A stretch of 5,503 bases of DNA from a virus (taxonomy: Duplodnaviria; Heunggongvirae; Uroviricota; Caudoviricetes). Under the pieces are notes generated by a model. The model had not been told where the DNA came from. It did no database searches and saw only the letters and a list, made by a program, of their open reading frames with translations. Position 1 is the stretch's first letter. Every line of letters begins with the position of its first letter. Below are positions 1-5,503 of this stretch, one piece after another. The stretch lies in IMG/VR virus record IMGVR_UViG_2740892229_000002. One strand, written 5' to 3'. The position numbers and the translations under genes were made by a program.

Positions 1-271
1 TCCGCAGAATCTGGCGGACCCGGCTTACCGCCGCCGTCGCATCATCATGCAGAACATGCGTGACGAAGAGCTGGCCATTGCTCAGGTCGAAGAGATGCAG
101 GCAGTTTCTGCCGTGCTTAAGGGCAAATACACCATGACCGGTGAAGCCTTTGATCCGGTTGAGGTGGATATGGGCCGCAGTGCGGCAAACAACATCACAC
201 AGTCCGGTGGCACGGAGTGGAGCAAGCGTGACAAGTCCACGTATGACCCGACCGACGATATCGAAGCCTAC
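1..271 (+). CDS. E: Major capsid protein E, internal fragment (block 1; in frame from 2; cut by N-run at both logical ends)
   Basis: Translation PQNLADPAYRRRRIIMQNMRDEELAIAQVEEMQAVSAVLKGKYTMTGEAFDPVEVDMGRSAANNITQSGGTEWSKRDKSTYDPTDDIEAY matches lambda gpE as I recall it; no start or stop within block. Confidence 0.9.
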
Positions 272-282
272 NNNNNNNNNNG

Positions 283-756
283 CAGAATCTGGCGGACCCG
301 GCTTACCGCCGCCGTCGCATCATCATGCAGAACATGCGAGACGAAGAGCTGGCCATTGCTCAGGTCGAAGAGATGCAGGCAGTTTCTGCTGTGCTTAAGG
401 GCAAATACACCATGACCGGTGAAGCCTTCGATCCGGTTGAGGTGGATATGGGCCGCAGTGCGGCGAACAACATCACACAGTCCGGTGGTACGGAGTGGAG
501 CAAGCGTGACAAGTCCACGTATGACCCGACCGACGATATCGAAGCCTACGCGCTGAACGCCAGCGGCGTGGTGAATATCATCGTGTTTGATCCGAAAGGA
601 TGGGCGCTGTTCCGTTCCTTCAAAGCCGTCAGGGATAAGCTGGATACCCGTCGCGGCTCTCATTCCGAGCTGGAGACAGCGGTAAAAGACCTGGGCAAAG
701 CGGTGTCTTATAAGGGAATGTATGGCGATGTGGCCATCGTCGTGTATTCCGGACAG
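283..756 (+). CDS. E: Major capsid protein E, internal fragment (block 2, 158 codons)
   Basis: Same reading frame content as block 1 then continues ...ALNASGVVNIIVFDPKGWALFRSFKAVRDKLDTRRGSHSELETAVKDLGKAVSYKGMYGDVAIVVYSGQ; bounded by N-runs. Confidence 0.9.
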
Positions 757-767
757 NNNNNNNNNNA

Positions 768-1241
768 CAGAATCTGGCGGACCCGGCTTACCGCCGCCGT
801 CGCATCATCCTGCAGAACATGCGAGACGAAGAGCTGGCCATTGCTCAGGTCGAAGAGATGCAGGCCGTTTCTGCCGTGCTTAAGGGCAAATATACCATGA
901 CCGGTGAAGCCTTCGATCCGGTTGAAGTGGATATGGGCCGCAGTGTGGCGAACAACATCACGCAGTCCGGCGGTACGGAGTGGAGCAAGCGTGACAAGTC
1001 CACGTATGACCCGACCGACGATATCGAAGCCTACGCGCTGAACGCCAGCGGTGTGGTGAATATCATCGTGTTCGATCCGAAAGGCTGGGCGCTGTTCCGT
1101 TCCTTCAAAGCCGTCAAGGAGAAGCTGGATACCCGTCGTGGCTCTCATTCCGAGCTGGAGACAGCGGTGAAAGACCTGGGTAAAGCGGTGTCTTATAAGG
1201 GAATGTATGGCGATGTGGCCATCGTCGTGTATTCCGGACAG
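768..1241 (+). CDS. E: Major capsid protein E, internal fragment (block 3, variant allele of block 2)
   Basis: Near-identical to block 2; differences ATG->CTG (M->L) at 810-812, A->V in GRSVANN, RD->KE in KAVKEKLD; bounded by N-runs. Confidence 0.9.
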
Positions 1242-1251
1242 NNNNNNNNNN

Positions 1252-1385
1252 GAAGCGGTGTCCTATAAGGGGATGTATGGCGATACGGCGATCGTCGTGT
1301 ATTCCGGACAGTACGTGGAAAACGACGTCAAAAAGAACTTCCTGCCGGACAACACGATGGTGCTGGGGAACACTCAGGCACGCGG
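1252..1385 (+). CDS. E: Major capsid protein E, internal fragment (block 4)
   Basis: EAVSYKGMYGDTAIVVYSGQYVENDVKKNFLPDNTMVLGNTQAR; overlaps end of blocks 2/3 and start of block 5 with substitutions. Confidence 0.88.
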
Positions 1386-1395
1386 NNNNNNNNNN

Positions 1396-1713
1396 AAAGC
1401 GGTGTCCTATAAGGGAATGTATGGCGATGTGGCCATCGTCGTGTATTCCGGACAGTACGTGGAAAACGGCGTCAAAAAGAACTTCCTGCCGGACAACACG
1501 ATGGTGCTGGGGAACACTCAGGCACGCGGTCTGCGTACCTATGGCTGTATTCAGGATGCGGACGCACAGCGCGAAGGCATTAACGCCTCTGCCCGTTACC
1601 CGAAAAACTGGGTGACCACCGGCGATCCGGCGCGTGAGTTCACCATGATTCAGTCAGCACCGCTGATGCTGCTGGCTGATCCTGATGAGTTCGTTTCCGT
1701 ACAACTGGCGTAA
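1396..1713 (+). CDS. E: Major capsid protein E, C-terminal fragment with native stop (TAA 1711-1713)
   Basis: KAVSYKGMYGDVAIVVYSGQYVENGVKKNFLPDNTMVLGNTQARGLRTYGCIQDADAQREGINASARYPKNWVTTGDPAREFTMIQSAPLMLLADPDEFVSVQLA*. Confidence 0.93.
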   Translation, partial: KAVSYKGMYGDVAIVVYSGQYVENGVKKNFLPDNTMVLGNTQARGLRTYGCIQDADAQREGINASARYPKNWVTTGDPAREFTMIQSAPLMLLADPDEFVSVQLA

Positions 1714-1716
1714 TCG

Positions 1717-1732
1717 TGGCCCTTCGGGGCCA
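1717..1732 (+). promoter_or_regulatory. Perfect hairpin tGGCCC-TTCG-GGGCCa (6 bp stem, UUCG-type tetraloop) in E-FI intergenic spacer, followed by TTTTCTCTCT
   Basis: Inverted repeat read directly from sequence; recurs at 2543-2560 and 2720-2737 in the other E-FI junction copies. Confidence 0.6.
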
Positions 1733-1754
1733 TTTTCTCTCTGTGGAGGAGTTC

Positions 1755-2150
1755 ATGACGAAAGATGAACTGATTGCCCGTCTCCGGTCGCTGGGTGAGC
1801 AACTGAACCGTGATGTCAGCCTGACGGGGACGAAAGAAGAACTGGCGCTCCGTGTGGCAGAGCTGGAAGAGGAGCTTGATGACACGGATGACGCAGCCGG
1901 TCAGGACACGTCTGTCAGCCCGGAAAATGCGCTGACCGGACATGAAAATGAGGTGGTATCAGCACAGACGGATACCGTGACTGATACGGCTGCTCTGGTC
2001 ACGGTTGTGGCACTGGTGACGCTGCATACCGATGCACTTCACGCCACGCGGGATGAACCTGTGGCATTTGTGCTGCCGGGAACGGCGTTTCGTGTCTCTG
2101 CCGGTGTGGCAGCCGAAATGACAGAACGTGGCCTGGCCAGAATGCAATAA
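1755..2150 (+). CDS. FI: DNA packaging / head assembly protein FI (complete, 131 aa)
   Basis: ATG 1755 preceded by GGAGGA (1745-1750); MTKDELIARLRSLGEQLNRDVSLTGTKEELALRVAELEEELDDTDDAAGQD...RVSAGVAAEMTERGLARMQ*; stop TAA 2148-2150. Confidence 0.92.
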   Translation: MTKDELIARLRSLGEQLNRDVSLTGTKEELALRVAELEEELDDTDDAAGQDTSVSPENALTGHENEVVSAQTDTVTDTAALVTVVALVTLHTDALHATRDEPVAFVLPGTAFRVSAGVAAEMTERGLARMQ

Positions 2151-2161
2151 CGGGAGGCGCT

Positions 2162-2175
2162 GTGGCTGATTTCGA
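2162..2175 (+). CDS. FII: Head-tail joining protein FII, first 4-5 codons only (GTG start), cut by N-run
   Basis: GGGAGG then GTG GCT GAT TTC GA identical to the complete FII start at 3391. Confidence 0.7.
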
Positions 2176-2186
2176 NNNNNNNNNNT

Positions 2187-2352
2187 AACACTCATGCACG
2201 CGGTCTGCGCACCTATGGCTGTATTCAGGATGCGGATGCATTGAGTGAGGGTATTAATGCGTCTCCCCGTTATCCGAAAAACTGGAAGACATCCGGCGAT
2301 CCGGCGCGTGAGTTCACCATGATTCAGTCAGCACCGCTGATGCTGCTGGCTG
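2187..2352 (+). CDS. E: Major capsid protein E, C-terminal-region fragment, divergent allele (block 6)
   Basis: NTHARGLRTYGCIQDADALSEGINASPRYPKNWKTSGDPAREFTMIQSAPLMLLA; differs from blocks 5/7 at a clustered patch. Confidence 0.85.
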
Positions 2353-2363
2353 NNNNNNNNNNC

Positions 2364-2540
2364 ACCTATGGCTGCATTCAGGATGCGGACGCACAGCGCG
2401 AAGGTATTAACGCCTCTGCCCGCTACCCGAAAAACTGGGTGACCACCGGCGATCCGGCGCGTGAGTTCACCATGATTCAGTCAGCACCGCTGATGCTGCT
2501 GGCTGATCCTGATGAGTTCGTGTCCGTTCAACTGGCGTAA
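2364..2540 (+). CDS. E: Major capsid protein E, C-terminal fragment with stop (TAA 2538-2540)
   Basis: TYGCIQDADAQREGINASARYPKNWVTTGDPAREFTMIQSAPLMLLADPDEFVSVQLA*. Confidence 0.92.
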   Translation, partial: TYGCIQDADAQREGINASARYPKNWVTTGDPAREFTMIQSAPLMLLADPDEFVSVQLA

Positions 2541-2542
2541 TC

Positions 2543-2560
2543 ATGGCCCTTCGGGGCCAT
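2543..2560 (+). promoter_or_regulatory. E-FI intergenic hairpin, second copy (atGGCCC-TTCG-GGGCCat, 7 bp stem)
   Basis: Inverted repeat read from sequence. Confidence 0.6.
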
Positions 2561-2581
2561 TTTCTCTCTGTGGAGGAGTCC

Positions 2582-2610
2582 ATGACGAAAGATGAACTGA
2601 TTGCCCGTCT
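2582..2610 (+). CDS. FI: FI N-terminal fragment (MTKDELIARL), cut by N-run
   Basis: ATG 2582 after GGAGGAG; identical N-terminus to complete FI. Confidence 0.8.
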
Positions 2611-2621
2611 NNNNNNNNNNT

Positions 2622-2717
2622 ACCGGCGATCCGGCGCGAGAGTTCACCATGATTCAGTCAGCACCGCTGATGCTGCTGGCTGACCCTGATGAGTTCGTGT
2701 CTGTACAACTGGCGTAA
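2622..2717 (+). CDS. E: Major capsid protein E, extreme C-terminal fragment with stop (TAA 2715-2717)
   Basis: TGDPAREFTMIQSAPLMLLADPDEFVSVQLA*. Confidence 0.9.
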   Translation, partial: TGDPAREFTMIQSAPLMLLADPDEFVSVQLA

Positions 2718-2719
2718 TC

Positions 2720-2737
2720 ATGGCCCTTCGGGGCCAT
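2720..2737 (+). promoter_or_regulatory. E-FI intergenic hairpin, third copy
   Basis: aTGGCCC-TTCG-GGGCCAt inverted repeat. Confidence 0.6.
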
Positions 2738-2758
2738 TGTTTCTCTGTGGATGAGTCC

Positions 2759-2863
2759 ATGACGAAAGATGAACTGATTGCCCGTCTCCGCTCGCTGGGT
2801 GAACAACTGAACCGTGATGTCAGCCTGACGGGGACGAAAGAAGAACTGGCGCTCCGTGTGGCA
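2759..2863 (+). CDS. FI: FI N-terminal fragment (35 codons), cut by N-run
   Basis: MTKDELIARLRSLGEQLNRDVSLTGTKEELALRVA; upstream Shine-Dalgarno altered to GGATGA in this copy. Confidence 0.85.
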
Positions 2864-2873
2864 NNNNNNNNNN

Positions 2874-3143
2874 TCAGGTGCTGGGTGAGCAACTGAACCG
2901 TGATGTCAGCCTGACGGGGACGAAAGAAGAACTGGCACTCCGTGTGGCAGAGCTGGAAGAGGAGCTTGATGACACGGATGACGCTGCTGGTCAGGACACA
3001 TCTGTCAGCCCGGAAAATGCGCTGACCGGACATGAAAATGAGGTTGTATCAGCGCAGCCGGATACCGTGACTGATACGGCTGATCTGGTCACGGTTGTGG
3101 CACTGGTGACGCTGCATACTGATGCACTTCACGCCACGCGGGA
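2874..3143 (+). CDS. FI: FI internal fragment
   Basis: LGEQLNRDVSLTGTKEELALRVAELEEELDDTDDAAGQDTSVSPENALTGHENEVVSAQPDTVTDTADLVTVVALVTLHTDALHATR; T->P and A->D relative to the complete copy. Confidence 0.88.
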
Positions 3144-3154
3144 NNNNNNNNNNG

Positions 3155-3214
3155 GCTGTGGCATTTGTGCTGCCGGGAACGGCGTTTCGTGTCTCTGCCG
3201 GTGTGGCAGCCTAA
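3155..3214 (+). CDS. FI: FI C-terminal fragment carrying premature stop (TAA 3212-3214 where other copies have GAA); original stop would be 3245-3247
   Basis: AVAFVLPGTAFRVSAGVAA* versus ...AGVAAEMTERGLARMQ* in the copies at 2040-2150 and 3284-3379. Confidence 0.75.
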   Translation, partial: AVAFVLPGTAFRVSAGVAA

Positions 3215-3258
3215 ATGACAGAACGTGGCCTGGCCAGAATGCAATAACGGGAGGCGCT

Positions 3259-3272
3259 GTGGCTGATTTCGA
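3259..3272 (+). CDS. FII: FII start fragment (GTG start), cut by N-run
   Basis: GGGAGGCGCT GTG GCT GAT TTC GA. Confidence 0.7.
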
Positions 3273-3283
3273 NNNNNNNNNNT

Positions 3284-3379
3284 GAGGCTGTGGCATTTGT
3301 GCTGCCGGGAACGGCGTTCCGTGTCTCTGCCGGTGTGGCAGCTGAAATGACAGAGCGCGGCCTGGCCAGAATGCAATAA
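3284..3379 (+). CDS. FI: FI C-terminal fragment with native stop (TAA 3377-3379)
   Basis: EAVAFVLPGTAFRVSAGVAAEMTERGLARMQ*. Confidence 0.88.
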   Translation, partial: EAVAFVLPGTAFRVSAGVAAEMTERGLARMQ

Positions 3380-3390
3380 CGGGAGGCGCT

Positions 3391-3744
3391 GTGGCTGATT
3401 TCGATAACCTGTTCGATGCTGCCATTGCCTGCGCCGATGAAACGATACGCGGGTACATGGGAACGTCAGCCACCATGACATCCGGTGAGCAGTCCGGCGC
3501 AGTAATACGTGGTGTTTTTGATGACCCTGAAAATATCAGCTATGCCGGACAGGGCGTACGCGTTGAAGGCTCCAGCCCGTCCCTGTTTGTCCGGACTGAT
3601 GATGTGCGGCAGCTGCGGCGTGGAGACACGCTGACCATCGGTGAGGAAAACTTCTGGATAGACCGGATTTCGCCGGATGATGGCGGAAGCTGTCATCTCT
3701 GGCTTGGGCGGGGCGTACCGCCTGCCGTTAACCGTCGCCGCTGA
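3391..3744 (+). CDS. FII: Head-tail joining protein FII (complete, 117 aa, GTG start)
   Basis: GGGAGG SD at 3381-3386, GTG 3391; MADFDNLFDAAIACADETIRGYMGTSATMTSGEQSGAVIRGVFDDPENISYAGQGVRVEGSSPSLFVRTDDVRQLRRGDTLTIGEENFWIDRISPDDGGSCHLWLGRGVPPAVNRRR*; stop TGA 3742-3744. Confidence 0.93.
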   Translation: MADFDNLFDAAIACADETIRGYMGTSATMTSGEQSGAVIRGVFDDPENISYAGQGVRVEGSSPSLFVRTDDVRQLRRGDTLTIGEENFWIDRISPDDGGSCHLWLGRGVPPAVNRRR

Positions 3745-3755
3745 AAGGGGGATGT

Positions 3756-3935
3756 ATGGCCATAAAAGGTCTTGAGCAGGCCGTTGAAAACCTCAGCCGT
3801 ATCAGCAAAACGGCGGTGCCCGGTGCGTCAGCAATGGCCATTAACCGCGTTGCTTCATCCGCGATATCGCAGTCTGCGTCACAGGTTGCCCGTGAGACAA
3901 AGGTACGCCGGAAACTGGTAAAGGAAAGGGCCAGG
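3756..3935 (+). CDS. Z: Tail completion protein Z, N-terminal fragment (60 codons)
   Basis: AGGGGG SD then ATG 3756; MAIKGLEQAVENLSRISKTAVPGASAMAINRVASSAISQSASQVARETKVRRKLVKERAR. Confidence 0.9.
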
Positions 3936-3947
3936 NNNNNNNNNNGA

Positions 3948-4265
3948 ACGGCGGTGCCCGGTGCCGCCGCAATGGCCATTAACCGCGTTGCTTCATCCGC
4001 GATATCGCAGTCGGCGTCACAGGTTGCCCGTGAGACAAAGGTACGCCGGAAACTGGTAAAGGAAAGGGCCAGGCTGAAAAGGGCCACGGTTAAAAATCCG
4101 CAGGCCAGAATCAAGGTTAACCGGGGGGATTTGCCCGTAATCAAGCTGGGGAATGCGCGGGTTGTCCTGTCCCGACGCAGGCGTCGTAAAAAGGGGCAGC
4201 GTTCATCCCTGAAAGGTGGCGGCAGCGTGCTTGTGGTGGGAAACCGTCGTATTCCCGGCGCGTTT
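3948..4265 (+). CDS. Z: Tail completion protein Z, internal fragment
   Basis: TAVPGAAAMAINRVASSAISQSASQVARETKVRRKLVKERARLKRATVKNPQARIKVNRGDLPVIKLGNARVVLSRRRRRKKGQRSSLKGGGSVLVVGNRRIPGAF. Confidence 0.9.
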
Positions 4266-4277
4266 ANNNNNNNNNNC

Positions 4278-4658
4278 AAAAATCCGCAGGCCAGAATCAG
4301 GGTTAACCGGGGGGATTTGCCCGTAATAAAGCTGGGTAACGCGCGGATTGTCCTGTCCCGACGCAGGCGTCGTAAAAAGGGGCAGCGTTCAGCCCTGAAA
4401 GGTGGCGGCAGCGTGCTTGTGGTGGGAAACCGTCGTATTCCCGGCGCGTTTATTCAGCAACTGAAAAATGGCCGCTGGCATGTCATGCAGCGTGTGGCCG
4501 GGAAAAACCGTTACCCCATTGATGTGGTGAAAATCCCGATGGCGGTGCCGCTGACCACGGCGTTTAAACAGAATATTGAGCGGATACGGCGTGAGCGTCT
4601 TCCGAAAGAGCTGGGCTATGCGCTGCAGCATCAACTGAGGATGGTAATAAAGCGATGA
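4278..4658 (+). CDS. Z: Tail completion protein Z, C-terminal fragment with stop (TGA 4656-4658)
   Basis: [126 protein letters not shown]. Confidence 0.9.
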   Translation, partial: KNPQARIRVNRGDLPVIKLGNARIVLSRRRRRKKGQRSALKGGGSVLVVGNRRIPGAFIQQLKNGRWHVMQRVAGKNRYPIDVVKIPMAVPLTTAFKQNIERIRRERLPKELGYALQHQLRMVIKR

Positions 4659-4700
4659 AACATACTGAACTCCGAGCAGCCGTACTGGATGCACTGGAGA
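4655..4700 (+). CDS. U: Tail terminator protein U, N-terminal fragment ([15 protein letters not shown]), cut by N-run
   Basis: ATG 4655 overlaps Z stop (ATGA); identical to start of complete U. Confidence 0.85.
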
Positions 4701-4711
4701 NNNNNNNNNNT

Positions 4712-4816
4712 ACCACGGCGTTTAAACAGAATATTGAACGGATACGGCGTGAACGTCTTCCGAAAGAGCTGGGCTATGCGCTGCAGCATCAACTGAGAAT
4801 GGTAATAAAGCGATGA
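4712..4816 (+). CDS. Z: Tail completion protein Z, extreme C-terminal fragment with stop (TGA 4814-4816)
   Basis: [34 protein letters not shown]. Confidence 0.9.
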   Translation, partial: TTAFKQNIERIRRERLPKELGYALQHQLRMVIKR

Positions 4817-5208
4817 AACATACTGAACTCCGTGCAGCCGTACTGGATGCACTGGAGAAGCATGACACCGGGGCGACGTTTTTTGATGGTCGCCCCGCTG
4901 TTTTTGATGAGGCGGATTTTCCGGCAGTTGCCGTTTATCTCACCGGCGCTGAATACACGGGCGAAGAGCTGGACAGCGATACCTGGCAGGCGGAGCTGCA
5001 TATTGAAGTTTTCCTGCCTGCTCAGGTGCCGGATTCAGAGCTGGATGCGTGGATGGAGTCCCGGATTTATCCGGTGATGAGCGATATCCCGGCACTGTCA
5101 GATTTGATCACCAGTATGGTGGCCAGTGGCTATGACTACCGGCGCGACGATGATGCGGGCCTGTGGAGTTCTGCCGATCTGACTTATGTCATTACCTATG
5201 AAATGTGA
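4813..5208 (+). CDS. U: Tail terminator protein U (complete, 131 aa)
   Basis: ATG 4813 overlapping Z stop; [131 protein letters not shown]; stop TGA 5206-5208. Confidence 0.93.
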   Translation: MKHTELRAAVLDALEKHDTGATFFDGRPAVFDEADFPAVAVYLTGAEYTGEELDSDTWQAELHIEVFLPAQVPDSELDAWMESRIYPVMSDIPALSDLITSMVASGYDYRRDDDAGLWSSADLTYVITYEM

Positions 5209-5215
5209 GGACGAT

Positions 5216-5503
5216 ATGCCTGTACCAAATCCAGCAATACCGGTGAAAGGTGCCGGAACCACCCTGTGGGTTTATAACGGGAGCGGCGACCCTTATGCGA
5301 ACCCGCTTTCAGACGTTGACTGGTCGCGTCTGGCTAAAGTTAAAGACCTGACGCCCGGCGAACTGACCGCTGAGTCCTATGACGACAGTTATCTCGATGA
5401 TGAAGATGCGGACTGGACCGCGACCGGGCAGGGGCAGAAATCCGCCGGAGATACCAGCTTCACGCTGGCGTGGATGCCCGGAGAGCAGGGGCAGCAGGCG
5501 CTG
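5216..5503 (+). CDS. V: Major tail protein V, N-terminal 96 codons (runs off window end)
   Basis: GAGGA SD then ATG 5216; [96 protein letters not shown]. Confidence 0.9.
   Translation, partial: MPVPNPAIPVKGAGTTLWVYNGSGDPYANPLSDVDWSRLAKVKDLTPGELTAESYDDSYLDDEDADWTATGQGQKSAGDTSFTLAWMPGEQGQQAL

Noticed and set aside
325-900. 191-aa ORF and neighbouring long ORFs (819-1268, 1207-1713, 2241-2540, 2878-3285) suggesting novel fused or duplicated capsid proteins
   Set aside because: Each crosses an N-run and joins redundant blocks. They are concatenation artefacts, not biological fusions.
268-1148. Antisense ORFs on the minus strand (268-663, 708-1148) of 131-146 aa
   Set aside because: They lie entirely opposite the well-supported E coding frame and recur identically in each redundant block. 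They are shadow ORFs with no start or RBS context and no recognisable protein signature.
1716-1754. Alternative upstream GTG start for FI at 1716 giving a 144-aa product
   Set aside because: The GTG lies inside the intergenic hairpin with no Shine-Dalgarno. The ATG at 1755 has a GGAGGA RBS and gives the expected MTKDELIARL N-terminus.
1640-3481. Minus-strand ORFs antisense to FI (1640-1885, 1650-1943, 1959-2195, 1999-2241, 2644-3033, 3089-3481, 3129-3476), including a poly-Ser-rich peptide
   Set aside because: Antisense to a confidently identified gene, they repeat only because the blocks repeat, and several cross N-runs. Low-complexity composition reflects the complement of the acidic FI coding sequence.
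4170-4200. Arginine/lysine-rich stretch SRRRRRKKGQR in Z as a possible novel nucleic-acid-binding or toxin motif
   Set aside because: It is part of the recognisable Z (tail completion) protein sequence and present in each copy. There is no basis in the sequence for assigning a separate function.
3756-4658. 300-aa ORF that looks like a Z protein with internal tandem duplications
   Set aside because: The ORF runs through two N10 spacers (3936-3945, 4267-4276). The duplicated segments are overlapping assembly blocks of the same gene. True Z is assembled from the three fragments without the repeated parts.
3466-5077. Other alternate-frame or antisense ORFs (3466-3696 -, 3728-4279 -, 4389-4694 -, 4631-4852 -, 4789-5001 -, 4832-5077 +, 141-398 +, 1277-1615 +)
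   Set aside because: All are embedded in or opposite FII, Z, U or E in regions fully explained by the canonical genes. None has independent start or RBS support.
1-5503. Repeat-plus-spacer layout that could resemble a CRISPR array or a tandem repeat locus
   Set aside because: The spacers are literal N runs of fixed length 10. The repeats are long, protein-coding, imperfect overlaps of phage genes, not short direct repeats with unique spacers.
1-5503. A hidden novel defence or accessory system within the window
   Set aside because: All coding capacity on the + strand is accounted for by E, FI, FII, Z, U and V with tight gene junctions. There is no unexplained intergenic space larger than about 45 nt and no ORF without a canonical assignment.

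Overview
This window is not one contiguous locus. It is 14 short sequence blocks separated by 13 runs of exactly 10 N (272-281, 757-766, 1242-1251, 1386-1395, 2176-2185, 2353-2362, 2611-2620, 2864-2873, 3144-3153, 3273-3282, 3936-3945, 4267-4276, 4701-4710). All blocks are on the + strand and redundantly tile one region: the head-completion/tail part of a lambda-like (lambdoid) phage late operon, in the order E (major capsid protein, C-terminal ~60%), FI, FII, Z, U, V (N-terminal 96 codons). I recognise these from the translated sequences (E ...YVENGVKKNFLPDNTMVLGNTQARGLRTYGCIQDADAQREGINASARYPKNWVTTGDPAREFTMIQSAPLMLLADPDEFVSVQLA*, FI MTKDELIARLRSLGEQLNRDVSLTGTKEELALRVAELEEELDD..., FII MADFDNLFDAAIA..., Z MAIKGLEQAVENLSRISK..., [21 protein letters not shown]..., V MPVPNP...[11 protein letters not shown]...). 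Only FI (1755-2150), FII (3391-3744) and U (4813-5208) are intact within a single block; E, Z and V are fragments. Overlapping blocks differ by point substitutions, including one premature stop in FI and one clustered divergent patch in E, which suggests collapsed contigs from two or more near-identical lambdoid prophages or strains (inference). Every substantial ORF is explained by these six canonical genes; antisense and alternate-frame ORFs in the track are shadow ORFs, and ORFs spanning N-runs are artefacts. I found no RNA genes, CRISPR, mobile-element genes or defence/accessory cargo, and no evidence of a previously undescribed system; the interesting content is allelic variation and assembly structure.
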